A DNA stretch of 51,381 nucleotides from Candidatus Omnitrophota bacterium (lineage in GTDB: Bacteria > Omnitrophota > Gorgyraeia > JABMSB01). The notes below the pieces were generated by a model. It was given only the letters and a program-made list of their open reading frames with translations, did not search any database and was not told the DNA's origin. Where the stretch lies: NCBI GenBank assembly GCA_013202205.1, contig JABMSB010000053.1:67290-118670 (forward strand). Direction: 5' to 3'. Positions 29,350 through 38,776 of this stretch are shown in pieces. The first letter of the stretch is position 1, and every line of letters begins with the position of its first letter. The position numbers and the translations under genes were made by a program.

Positions 29350-31398
29350 ATGGCAAAAGCTAAATCCTTGGTAATAGTGGAGTCGCCGGCAAAATCGAAG
29401 ACGATCAATAAATACCTTGGCAAGGATTACAACGTTACATTCAGTATGGGCCATGTCATGGATCTGCCGAGAGGCAAGATGGGCATCGATATAGAGAATG
29501 GTTTTAAGCCCGAATATATCGTGATCGCGGCCAGGCGCAAGAATGTCACGAGGCTAAAGAAAGAGGCTAAGGGCGTCGAGCGTATATACTTAGCGCCCGA
29601 TCCTGACCGGGAAGGTGAAGTCATAAGCTGGCACCTCAGTCAATTGCTCGGTAAGGGCAAGGAGGTCTATAGGGTAAGCTTTAATGAAATAACCGAGAAG
29701 GCTATCCTCGATGCCTTTGCCCATCCCCATAGTTTGGATGAGAATAGGATAAATGCGCAGCAGGCCCGCAGGATACTCGATAGGCTCGTGGGATACAACC
29801 TGAGCCCGATCCTCTGGAAAAAGGTGGGCAGGGGTTTAAGCGCCGGCAGGGTCCAATCGGTCGCCGTAAGGATAATCGTAGATAGAGAGCGCGAGATCCG
29901 CAAATTTGTCCCGGATGAATATTGGCATATGGAAGCGGAGTTATCCCGCAGTGAGGAAAACCGGAAGAGAGCGGATGACAAGAAGCATTTTATAGCCAAA
30001 CTCGATAAGATAGACGGCAAAAAAGCGGATATCAAGGACCAGAAAAGTTCCCAGGCCCTCCTTTCGCAGATAAAACGCGAGGAGTTTATCGTCTCGGACA
30101 TAAAGGAGTCGAAGAAGAAGAAATCGCCGCAGGCGCCGTTTACTACCAGTAAACTCCAGCAGGACGCCTTCAATAAGCTCAGGTTTTCAGCGAGCAAGAC
30201 GATGAAGATGGCCCAGGGCCTCTATGAAGGAGTCGAGATGGGCGATGAGGGAAGCGTGGCCCTTATCACATATATGAGAACAGACTCCGTCCGCATATCT
30301 AAAGATGCCCAGACGGACGCAAGAAATTTTATTACTATCAATTACGGTAAAGACTATTGCCCGGTAAAGCCTAATCACTACAAATCCAAAAAGAGCGCCC
30401 AGGAAGCCCATGAGGCGATAAGGCCTACACTGCCTCTCAGGCGACCGGAAGACGTCAAGCAATTTTTATCGGAGGATCAGTATAAGCTATATGAGCTGAT
30501 ATGGTGCCGTTTCCTGGCGAGCCAGATGACACCGTCACTCTACGCAGTCCAGAATGTGGAGATAAAGGCCGGACGTTTTCATTTTAAGATAACCGGATCC
30601 CACGTCTTATTTCCGGGGTTTATGAGCGCTTATCCGACGGAGGAGAAGAAGGAGGTATTCTTCCCGCGCTTAACCAAGGATGAGAAGCTCAACCTCTTAC
30701 GTCTTATACCGACCCAGCACTTTACTAAGGCGCCGCCGAGATATTCTGAAGGTTCATTGGTCAAGGCGCTTGAGGAGAATGGCATAGGGCGTCCCTCGAC
30801 ATATGCCCCCATCATCTATACGATAGTAGCGCGCAATTACGTAGAGCGGCAGAGGGGGTATCTCTATCCAACGGACCTTGGTGAGGTAGTTACGGATCTT
30901 TTAGTAGAACATTTTCCAAAGGTTTTAGAAATTGAGTTCACGGCCAGGATGGAAGAGGAACTCGATGAAGTGGAGGATGGCAAGATGGATTGGGTCGATG
31001 TCCTTAAAGATTTCTATGGGACATTCAAAGATACCGTAGAACATGCCAAGGCCAATATGAAGAATATAAAGAAGGAGGTCATCCCAACTGACAAGGTTTG
31101 CCAGTTGTGCGGCGCGCCCATGGTCATAAAATGGGGCCGCAGGGGCAAATTTTTGAGCTGCGCGACATTCCCAAAATGCAAGCATGCCATGCCGATCTCA
31201 AGTGGCGTAAAGTGTCCGCAGGAAGGTTGCGATGGTGAACTGGTCCAACGTCGATCGAGGAGGGGCCCATTTTACGGATGCACCAGCTACCCAAAGTGTA
31301 CTTTTACGACGGAGAAGCTGCCGGAGTCCGAAGAACCGAAAGAGGGGACCAAAGAGCCTGAAGAGACTCAAGAGACAGAAGAGACTCAAGAGACATAA
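29350..31398 (+). CDS. topA: DNA topoisomerase I
   Basis: LVIVESPAK, DPDREGE, SAGRVQS, ITYMRTDS (catalytic Tyr) and GIGRPST motifs; two C-terminal zinc ribbons. ATG at 29350 follows GGAGAG. Confidence 0.96.
   Translation: MAKAKSLVIVESPAKSKTINKYLGKDYNVTFSMGHVMDLPRGKMGIDIENGFKPEYIVIAARRKNVTRLKKEAKGVERIYLAPDPDREGEVISWHLSQLLGKGKEVYRVSFNEITEKAILDAFAHPHSLDENRINAQQARRILDRLVGYNLSPILWKKVGRGLSAGRVQSVAVRIIVDREREIRKFVPDEYWHMEAELSRSEENRKRADDKKHFIAKLDKIDGKKADIKDQKSSQALLSQIKREEFIVSDIKESKKKKSPQAPFTTSKLQQDAFNKLRFSASKTMKMAQGLYEGVEMGDEGSVALITYMRTDSVRISKDAQTDARNFITINYGKDYCPVKPNHYKSKKSAQEAHEAIRPTLPLRRPEDVKQFLSEDQYKLYELIWCRFLASQMTPSLYAVQNVEIKAGRFHFKITGSHVLFPGFMSAYPTEEKKEVFFPRLTKDEKLNLLRLIPTQHFTKAPPRYSEGSLVKALEENGIGRPSTYAPIIYTIVARNYVERQRGYLYPTDLGEVVTDLLVEHFPKVLEIEFTARMEEELDEVEDGKMDWVDVLKDFYGTFKDTVEHAKANMKNIKKEVIPTDKVCQLCGAPMVIKWGRRGKFLSCATFPKCKHAMPISSGVKCPQEGCDGELVQRRSRRGPFYGCTSYPKCTFTTEKLPESEEPKEGTKEPEETQETEETQET
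31360..31395 (+). repeat. Perfect 18-bp tandem duplication in the topA tail
   Basis: GAAGAGACTCAAGAGACA x2, encoding EETQET-EETQET. Confidence 0.9.
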
Positions 31399-31471
31399 CA
31401 TTAATAATAAAACGGATCGCTGCGAAGAGATCCCTCAACATTCGCAAGCCTCCTTTATTTAAAGACCCATA

Positions 31472-32344
31472 ATGAATCGATATATAGACAAGTTCTTGAC
31501 CTATCTCAAGATCGAAAAGAACGCCTCTCCCCACACGATAACCAACTATTCAATTGATCTGAAGATATTCAGCGATTTTGTGAAAGATAAGGAACTTTCT
31601 CAAATAGACCACATTGTTTTAAGAAGTTTTCTGGCACACCTGCGCAATAAGTCTTATTCGAAGAAGACGATAGCCCGCAGGCTGTCGGCGCTAAGGTCTT
31701 TCTTCAAGTTTCTTTATCGCGAAGGGTTGATCAAGGCCAACCCCGTCGCTATCATATCTACGCCCAAGCCGGACAGGAAATTGCCTATCTTCCTCGGGGA
31801 AGACGAGGTCGCGAGATTACTCGACATTGCCCATGATAAGGACGCCGAAGGGCTGCGCGATAGGGCCGTAATGGAGACGCTCTACAGCACAGGCATGCGG
31901 GTGGGAGAGCTCGTCTCGATAGACGTAGATGATATAGATTTTATCTCAGGCGTCATCAAGGTATTAGGCAAGGGAAGAAAAGAGCGCATAGCTCCCATAG
32001 GTGATCGGGCGCTCAGGTCTATTAGGGAATACATGGAAAGAAGAGGTGTCAAATCCCTTAAAACCCCCAAAGGGCTATTCTTAAATAAGAGGGGTACCCG
32101 TCTGAGTGACAGGAGTGTCAGGCGTATATTAGAGAAGTACATACGGAAGGCGAGTTTGCGTTCAGGGGTGTCGCCTCACACGCTTAGACATTCTTTTGCA
32201 ACACACCTTTTAAATAGGGGTGTTGACCTCAGGACCGTGCAAGAACTGCTCGGCCATATGAACCTCTCGACGACACAGATATATACCCACGTAACAACAG
32301 AGAAGATGCGATCTACCTATGACAAGGCCCATCCAAGGGCATAG
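31472..32344 (+). CDS. xerC: Tyrosine recombinase XerC/XerD family
   Basis: LYSTGMRVGEL, GKGRKER, HTLRHSFATH and LGH..LSTTQIYTH (R-H-R-H-Y catalytic set); dprA-topA-xerC synteny. Confidence 0.9.
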   Translation: MNRYIDKFLTYLKIEKNASPHTITNYSIDLKIFSDFVKDKELSQIDHIVLRSFLAHLRNKSYSKKTIARRLSALRSFFKFLYREGLIKANPVAIISTPKPDRKLPIFLGEDEVARLLDIAHDKDAEGLRDRAVMETLYSTGMRVGELVSIDVDDIDFISGVIKVLGKGRKERIAPIGDRALRSIREYMERRGVKSLKTPKGLFLNKRGTRLSDRSVRRILEKYIRKASLRSGVSPHTLRHSFATHLLNRGVDLRTVQELLGHMNLSTTQIYTHVTTEKMRSTYDKAHPRA

Positions 32345-32365
32345 ATAATTTAAGAAGGGATCGAC

Positions 32366-33634
32366 ATGTACGACCTTATCCTGGTGATATTTGCGGTATT
32401 TTACATCCCCTACGCGATATTTACAGGCAGGATGCATCGTGGGATATGGCAGAGGTTGGGCTATTTTCCATGGAGGGATCTCGCTTCTATTATCGGCGAG
32501 CGCCCTATTTGGGTGCACGCGGTAAGTGTGGGCGAGGTTATTGCCGCGAGGCCATTACTGAGGGCGATCAGGGAAGAATTTCCAAAGAAGAGGATACTCC
32601 TTTCGTGTATTACAAAGACCGGGGCATCTGTGGCGCGGAATATAAAAGATAAGGATGTCTTCCTATTCTTTCCACTGGACCTCTACTGGATCATGAAGCG
32701 CTTTATCAGGAGGATAAATCCTTCCATATTCATAATGCTTGAGACCGAGATTTGGCCGAATGCCATACAGGTACTTTCTGAGCGGAAGACCCCCATCCTT
32801 ATGGTAAATGGCAGGATATCGGACTCTTCATTCAAGAGATATAGGTTTATAAGGCAGTTTTTAAATGACTCCTTGCGTAAGGTAACCTCTTTTTGCATGC
32901 AGAGCAGGGAGGATGCGCGCAGGATAGAGTACCTCGGCGCGCCATCCGATAAGGTGAAGGTCACGGGCAATCTGAAGTTTGATTGTTTTGTCAAGCATGA
33001 TAGGGGAATTGAGGCCTCAGACCTTCTATCAGAGGCAGGGTTGAAGGATGGCGAAGAACTCTTTATTGCGGGAAGCACCCATAAGGGTGAAGATGAATTG
33101 ATAATAAAAGTTTATAAGCGCTTACTCGAAAATTATCCCGGACTCAACCTTCTGATAGCCCCACGCCACCTCGGGTCTTTAAATGAGATAGAAACCCTCG
33201 TGAGGGCAAATGGCTTAAAGCCAATAAAATTTTCTGAAGCCAGATCTTCGTCCGGAGATGCGCCCCGCACTTTATTGCTCGATACCATGGGACAGCTTGG
33301 GCGGTTGTATGAGATAGCTACCCTTGTCTTTATGGGGGGAAGCCTGGTGCCGCATGGCGGCCACAACCTGCTTGAGCCGGCATCCTTTTCTAAACCCGTA
33401 CTCTTTGGCCCTCATATGTCCAATTTCCGGGAGATGGCCAAGCTCTTTCTCGATAAAGAGGCGGCGATAATGGTAAAAGACGAAGAAGAACTATTTGCTG
33501 CGGCAAAGAGGCTTCTTAAAGATAAGGATGCGGCGATAGAGATGGGCAAGCGCGCAGCCGACCTGATTGATGAAGAGAGGGGCGCGGCTGCAAGGGCAGT
33601 AGAATTGATAAGATCTCTTTTGAAAGAGGAATAA
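32366..33634 (+). CDS. waaA: Kdo transferase
   Basis: WVHAVSVGE, ETEIWPN, GNLKFD, GSTH, APRH and GGHNLLEPA motifs. Confidence 0.94.
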   Translation: MYDLILVIFAVFYIPYAIFTGRMHRGIWQRLGYFPWRDLASIIGERPIWVHAVSVGEVIAARPLLRAIREEFPKKRILLSCITKTGASVARNIKDKDVFLFFPLDLYWIMKRFIRRINPSIFIMLETEIWPNAIQVLSERKTPILMVNGRISDSSFKRYRFIRQFLNDSLRKVTSFCMQSREDARRIEYLGAPSDKVKVTGNLKFDCFVKHDRGIEASDLLSEAGLKDGEELFIAGSTHKGEDELIIKVYKRLLENYPGLNLLIAPRHLGSLNEIETLVRANGLKPIKFSEARSSSGDAPRTLLLDTMGQLGRLYEIATLVFMGGSLVPHGGHNLLEPASFSKPVLFGPHMSNFREMAKLFLDKEAAIMVKDEEELFAAAKRLLKDKDAAIEMGKRAADLIDEERGAAARAVELIRSLLKEE

Positions 33635-34702
33635 GTGGATAAGATCCGGGTCTATATATATGGGTTGATGACAGATCAAAGGCGCGGTATTATAGCTTTT
33701 TTGGCAAAGATAGTGCTGCGAATATGCTCCTATGCCTATTGGCTTCTTTTGAAATTCTCATATATCGTGATGCGGTTGTCCGGTATAAAGAGGCTGGATT
33801 GCCCTGTTGTGAGCGTTGGCAATATTACAATGGGTGGAACGGGTAAGACCCCGTTTGTAGAGATGCTGGCCGCGCATTTAACCCGGAAGGGCAAAAAGGT
33901 AGGCATTCTCATAAGAGGTTATGGCGCGGATGAGGTGAAGCTATTAAAAGAGAAACTGCCAAACGTCTCAATATCTGTAGGCCGTGACCGCGTGAAAAAG
34001 GGGAGGGAATTGCAGGCCCGAAATAAGGTTGACGTGGTATTGATGGACGATGGTTTTCAGCACCGCAGATTAAAGCGAGATATCGATATAGTCTTAATAG
34101 ATGGTACAAACCCCTTTGGCAACGGCGTTCTCCTGCCGCGCGGCATATTACGGGAGCCTGTCAACAGCCTCGATCGGGCCGGGATTATCGTGGTAAATAA
34201 GTCAGACATGAGTCCGGATGGGCTAAAGAGGGTCGATGATATGATGCATGATCTAAATATCAGTGCCCCAATGGTCGAATCGAGGTATATATTAGAAGGT
34301 ATTTATAGAATAGATGAGAATATCAAAGCGAATGAGGCGGTCAATATAGATCGTTTTGCCAATCGAGGTGTCGGTATTATGTCTTCGATAGCCAATCCGG
34401 GCTATTTTAAGTGGATGATGAAGGAGAATGGCGCAAAGATAGTCGATGAGATATCTTATCCCGATCACCATGACTACACGGCCGCGGAAATTATGTCATC
34501 AATGTCGCGTTTGCGTTCATCAGGCGCAGAAGCGATATTGGTAACAGAGAAGGATGCTGTCAAAATAAGGCCGATAGCAGGCGAACTGATGAAGGGTTCA
34601 CAGGTCGAGATGCTGCCATTTTGGGCTGTATCTATAAAGGTTGAGATATTGAAGGGCAAGGAGGAGTTTTTTGGTAGATTACATCGGTTATTACATATTT
34701 AA
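33635..34702 (+). CDS. lpxK: Tetraacyldisaccharide 4'-kinase
   Basis: VGNITMGGTGKTP, RGYG, DDGFQH, LPRGILRE, PDHH and TEKDAVK motifs. Confidence 0.94.
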   Translation: MDKIRVYIYGLMTDQRRGIIAFLAKIVLRICSYAYWLLLKFSYIVMRLSGIKRLDCPVVSVGNITMGGTGKTPFVEMLAAHLTRKGKKVGILIRGYGADEVKLLKEKLPNVSISVGRDRVKKGRELQARNKVDVVLMDDGFQHRRLKRDIDIVLIDGTNPFGNGVLLPRGILREPVNSLDRAGIIVVNKSDMSPDGLKRVDDMMHDLNISAPMVESRYILEGIYRIDENIKANEAVNIDRFANRGVGIMSSIANPGYFKWMMKENGAKIVDEISYPDHHDYTAAEIMSSMSRLRSSGAEAILVTEKDAVKIRPIAGELMKGSQVEMLPFWAVSIKVEILKGKEEFFGRLHRLLHI

Positions 34703-36635
34703 GCTGTTTAGCTTCATATTTTGCCATATTCCCCCGTCAGTTGCGTTATGGATTGGTAGAAGAATAGGGGTTCTCGCGTATTATATTAATCCAAAGAGGC
34801 GGCGTATTGCACATGCCAATCTACGCGCTGCATTCTCCTCGAAATACTCCCCGGTCCAAACGCAGCGGATCATAAAGCAGCTATATGTAAATCTCGGCCA
34901 GACCCTGATAGAGACTCTCATACTTCCCCGTATCGATGAAGCGTATATAGATAAGTTTATAAAATGCGAGAATTTTGAGAGGATCCACGAAGGACTCGAT
35001 AAAGGCAAGGGCGTGATTGCCCTGACCGCCCATTTTGGTAACTGGGAACTATCGAGCATAACGGGGGCGATAAAGGTAAAGCCCATTTATGTGCTGGTTC
35101 GCGAACAGAAGCACAAACGTCTTAATGCGCTCCTCAATCAGCACAGAGAGAGCAAAGGTTGTCGCGCCATAGGAAAGGGTATGGCGACGCGGGAGCTCAT
35201 GAGGGCTTTTAAGAAGAACGAGATAGTCGGCATATTGGCCGATCAGGATGCCGGTAAAAATGGTGTATTTGTTAACTTTTTAGGCAGGCCCGCGTCAACG
35301 GCATCGGGGGCAGTCGACTTTGCGCGCAAGACAGGTGCAGTGATCTTACCCACATTTTGTATAAGGGAAAAAGGTCCATATCACAGGCAGGTGATAGAGA
35401 AGCCGCTTGAACTCATCACCTCCGATGATAGAGAAGGTGACGCAAAGGCCAACCTCCAACTATTTGCAGACCGACTTAAGCGCCGGGTAGAAGACCATCC
35501 AGACCAGTGGCTATGGCTCCACAAGAGGTGGAAATCGACTCCGGTGCGCTCGATCCTCATATTGGATGACGGGAGGACGGGCCATCTAAACCAATCGCGG
35601 GCCGTGGCCGATTGTCTTAGGCGCAAAAGGGAGGAGATGGGTTTTGACCGGGATGCAACGCGCATAACCGAAGTCAAGGTAGAATTTGAACATAGCCTGA
35701 CGGCAAGAGCGATTCCTGCCGCATGTTTTTTAAGTGGAGCGCTTTGCCAGGGTTGCACAAGGTGTTTGAAGTTTCTGCTCAAGAGGAAGTCCTATGAGGA
35801 TCTCATACATAGTTATGCCGATATAGTCATCTCGTGCGGTTCATCTACCAGCATTGTCAACCTGATAATGTCGAGAGAGAATAATGCCAAGTCAATTGTC
35901 GTAATGAAGCCGCCATTTCCACTCCTTTCGCGATTCGATCTGGCCATCCTTCCACAACACGATGGCGTTGAAGAGGGTAGCAATGTAGTGGTAACCGATG
36001 GCGCGCCTAATCTGGTAAATGATGAGGAGATGTCTGTCTCGAGCGACCGAATCTCAAAAGTTGCCGGCATAAAAAAAGACCCCTCTCTATTGCGGATAGG
36101 AATTATATTAGGCGGTGAGACCGCGCACGAGACGCTTTCGACAGAACTCGCCGATAGAATAATCGGCGGCGCCATGAATGCCGCAAGGGAGCTGGGCGCC
36201 GAGATCCTCGTTACCACATCCCGCAGGACGGCAAAGGATGTCGAGGTCCTACTTAAGCGGCGCCTCGGAAGTTTCGATAGGTGTAAGTTACTCGTTATAG
36301 CCAACGAGGATAATCTCAGAGGTGCGATACCGGCCATACTGGGGCTTTCGCGGATAGTGGTAGTATCGGGTGAATCTACCTCGATGGTTTCAGAGGCGGC
36401 CTCATCAGGAAAGGATACCCTGGTATTTGAATTGAAGAAAAAAGGACAATCGAACAGGACAGATAGGATAAGAACCCGTTTTTTAGAGAACCTCTCCCGG
36501 AAAGGGTTCATAAAAGTTATTCCGACGACCAAGGTTTATGAGCGAATAGTAGAATCTGCCGGGAATGCAAATGTGGCTACCGAACGCTTAGATGATGGCC
36601 TTAAGATCCGCGAAGCTGTAAGCAGGGTGATTTAA
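34671..36635 (+). CDS. Lipid A acyltransferase (LpxL/HtrB family) fused to an ELM1/GtrOC1-like putative glycosyltransferase domain
   Basis: N-half: HFGNWE, LADQD and PDQWLWLHKRWK. C-half: DDGRTGHLNQ, FDLAILPQHD, ILGG, TTSRRT and SGESTSMVSEA. AGGAGGAG RBS before TTG. Confidence 0.82.
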   Translation: MVDYIGYYIFKLFSFIFCHIPPSVALWIGRRIGVLAYYINPKRRRIAHANLRAAFSSKYSPVQTQRIIKQLYVNLGQTLIETLILPRIDEAYIDKFIKCENFERIHEGLDKGKGVIALTAHFGNWELSSITGAIKVKPIYVLVREQKHKRLNALLNQHRESKGCRAIGKGMATRELMRAFKKNEIVGILADQDAGKNGVFVNFLGRPASTASGAVDFARKTGAVILPTFCIREKGPYHRQVIEKPLELITSDDREGDAKANLQLFADRLKRRVEDHPDQWLWLHKRWKSTPVRSILILDDGRTGHLNQSRAVADCLRRKREEMGFDRDATRITEVKVEFEHSLTARAIPAACFLSGALCQGCTRCLKFLLKRKSYEDLIHSYADIVISCGSSTSIVNLIMSRENNAKSIVVMKPPFPLLSRFDLAILPQHDGVEEGSNVVVTDGAPNLVNDEEMSVSSDRISKVAGIKKDPSLLRIGIILGGETAHETLSTELADRIIGGAMNAARELGAEILVTTSRRTAKDVEVLLKRRLGSFDRCKLLVIANEDNLRGAIPAILGLSRIVVVSGESTSMVSEAASSGKDTLVFELKKKGQSNRTDRIRTRFLENLSRKGFIKVIPTTKVYERIVESAGNANVATERLDDGLKIREAVSRVI

Positions 36636-36637
36636 AT

Positions 36638-38776
36638 ATGAATATATTGCAGTTAGTTCCCGAACTTAATGTCGGTGGGGTCGAGAGAGGTACCGTAGAC
36701 CTGGCAAAATATCTTTCGGACAATGGCCATAAGGCTGTCGTCATATCCGGCGGCGGCCGCCTTGTGCGTGAGCTCGATATGATAGGGGTGTGCCACTATC
36801 AACTTCCCGTTTATAGTAAAAACCCCATAATTATGGCGTCTCTGATTAAAGAGGTTATTCGCGTAATAAGGCGGGAGAATATACAGATTGTACATGCCCG
36901 GAGTCGGGTACCCGCGTGGATAGGGTTCTTTGCTGCCAGGATGACCCATACACCATTTATCACTACGGCCCACGGCGCGTACAAGAGCCCGTATTTTAGT
37001 CGTGTCATGGGATGGGGGAGGACCGTAATAGTCGCCAGCCGCGCAATGGCAGATCATATGCATAATAATTTCGATGTGCCATTGGATAAGATATCTTTGA
37101 TACCCCGGGGTGTGCAGCTCGATGACTTCATATTCTCTCCGTCGAAGGAGCAGAAAGGCAAGGCCTTTACCATAGGCATGGCATCAAGGATCACGCCGCT
37201 TAAAGGGCATTCACAATTCCTTAAGGCGGTCTCTATAGTTGCGCGCAAGATACCCACGTTTAAAGTCTTAATCGCCGGAGACGCGCCTGCGAATAAAAGG
37301 CACTATATAGAAGAGTTGAGGCTCCTTGTCAGGAGGTATGGCCTAACCGGCATAGTCGAGTTTTTAGGGCATCAGGAGAATATACCGGCGTTTATATCGC
37401 AGCTCGACCTATTCGTTTCATCCACCACAACCCCTGAAGCCTTTGGCAGGACAATAGTAGAGGCGATGGCTTGCGGCGTTCCGGTAGTAGCGACAAAAGT
37501 AGGGGGTGTTGTAGATATAGTTGAGGATGGAGTCAATGGTATATTAGTACCTCCGGCAGACCCGACTTCCATGGCAGATGCGATAATGCGTTTTCATAAT
37601 GACAAAGAGGCTGCAGGCAGCATGGTGCGAAGCGCGCGAAAGAAGGTAGAGGAGGAATATACGCTCGATAAGATGGCCCAGAGGACCGAGGAGGTCTACA
37701 GGCAAACACTAAAGAGTTTCAGGATACTGGTGATAAAATTGGGCGCGGTAGGTGATGCCATATTGTCGATACCCACCCTCAGGGCGATAAGAGTCCGTTA
37801 CCCGGGTGCGCATATAAAGGTATTGGCCGGGTTGGATGTGCGGCAGATCTTTGTCAATTGCCCATATATAAATGATACGGTCATCTACGACTATAAAGGC
37901 CGGGATAAATCGCCTGTCGGCACCTGGCGGATAGGTAGTTTGCTGCGGTCCATGAACTTCGATGCCTCAGTAGATCTGCAGAATAACAGAAAGAGCCATA
38001 CGCTGGCTTTTTTGGGCAACATACCGCAACGCTGGGGTTATGATAAGGGGAAGACCGCATTTCTATTAAACAGGCGTATTAAAGATGATGCCGGGTCTGT
38101 CGATCCCGTAGAGCACCAATTCAGATTAGTCAGGCAATTTCTAAAATTGCCCATTGAGGATAAGAGCCTTCAGCTGTGGCCTCGCGAGGAGGACAGGGAA
38201 TGGGTGCAGAAATTCTTAAGGGATAATTGGGTTACAGAGGGCCAGCTTTTAATAGGTATAAACCCTATGGGCAGTTCCAAGTGGATTAGTAAGAGATGGC
38301 CGGAGGGCAGAATAGCGGATTTATGCGATGGCTTAGCCAAAAGGTTCCATGCGCGGGTATTGATAACGGGTTCCCATGCCGACGAGGAGTTGTCCCGACG
38401 CACAATAATCTCTGTCAAGGCCAAGCCGATATCCGCGGTAGGGAAGACATCGATCATGCAGCTGGCAGCACTTATCAAGCGATGTGACCTATTTGTGGCC
38501 AGTGACAGTGCCCCGATGCATATAGCCGCGGCGGTAGGGACTCCGTTCGTTGCGTTATTCGGCTCGACCGATTCAAGAAGACACCTTCCGCCGAATAATG
38601 GCTCTGTAGTCCTTGAGAAGGATATGAAATGCCGCCCTTGCTACAAGAGGCGCTGCACGATCTTAAATAGGTATGCATGCATGAAGAAGATAACGGTCGA
38701 TGAGGTTCTCGATGCCGCCGGCGCGCTCCTAAAAAGAAGGAAGCCTGAAGCCCGGAGGGTTGGTGAAGTGCTATGA
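36638..38776 (+). CDS. GT4 glycosyltransferase fused to a GT9 heptosyltransferase-like domain
   Basis: N-half: GGVER, HARSR and EAFGRTIVEAMACG (E-x7-E). From about 37718: ILVIKLGAVGD, KRWP, DSAPMHIAAA and a C-terminal Cys motif. Confidence 0.85.
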   Translation: MNILQLVPELNVGGVERGTVDLAKYLSDNGHKAVVISGGGRLVRELDMIGVCHYQLPVYSKNPIIMASLIKEVIRVIRRENIQIVHARSRVPAWIGFFAARMTHTPFITTAHGAYKSPYFSRVMGWGRTVIVASRAMADHMHNNFDVPLDKISLIPRGVQLDDFIFSPSKEQKGKAFTIGMASRITPLKGHSQFLKAVSIVARKIPTFKVLIAGDAPANKRHYIEELRLLVRRYGLTGIVEFLGHQENIPAFISQLDLFVSSTTTPEAFGRTIVEAMACGVPVVATKVGGVVDIVEDGVNGILVPPADPTSMADAIMRFHNDKEAAGSMVRSARKKVEEEYTLDKMAQRTEEVYRQTLKSFRILVIKLGAVGDAILSIPTLRAIRVRYPGAHIKVLAGLDVRQIFVNCPYINDTVIYDYKGRDKSPVGTWRIGSLLRSMNFDASVDLQNNRKSHTLAFLGNIPQRWGYDKGKTAFLLNRRIKDDAGSVDPVEHQFRLVRQFLKLPIEDKSLQLWPREEDREWVQKFLRDNWVTEGQLLIGINPMGSSKWISKRWPEGRIADLCDGLAKRFHARVLITGSHADEELSRRTIISVKAKPISAVGKTSIMQLAALIKRCDLFVASDSAPMHIAAAVGTPFVALFGSTDSRRHLPPNNGSVVLEKDMKCRPCYKRRCTILNRYACMKKITVDEVLDAAGALLKRRKPEARRVGEVL

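Noticed and set aside
31472-32344. Phage/island integrase or pilin shufflon recombinase
   Set aside because: It sits in the housekeeping dprA-topA-xerC context. No att sites, inverted pilin cassettes or convincing dif site were seen.
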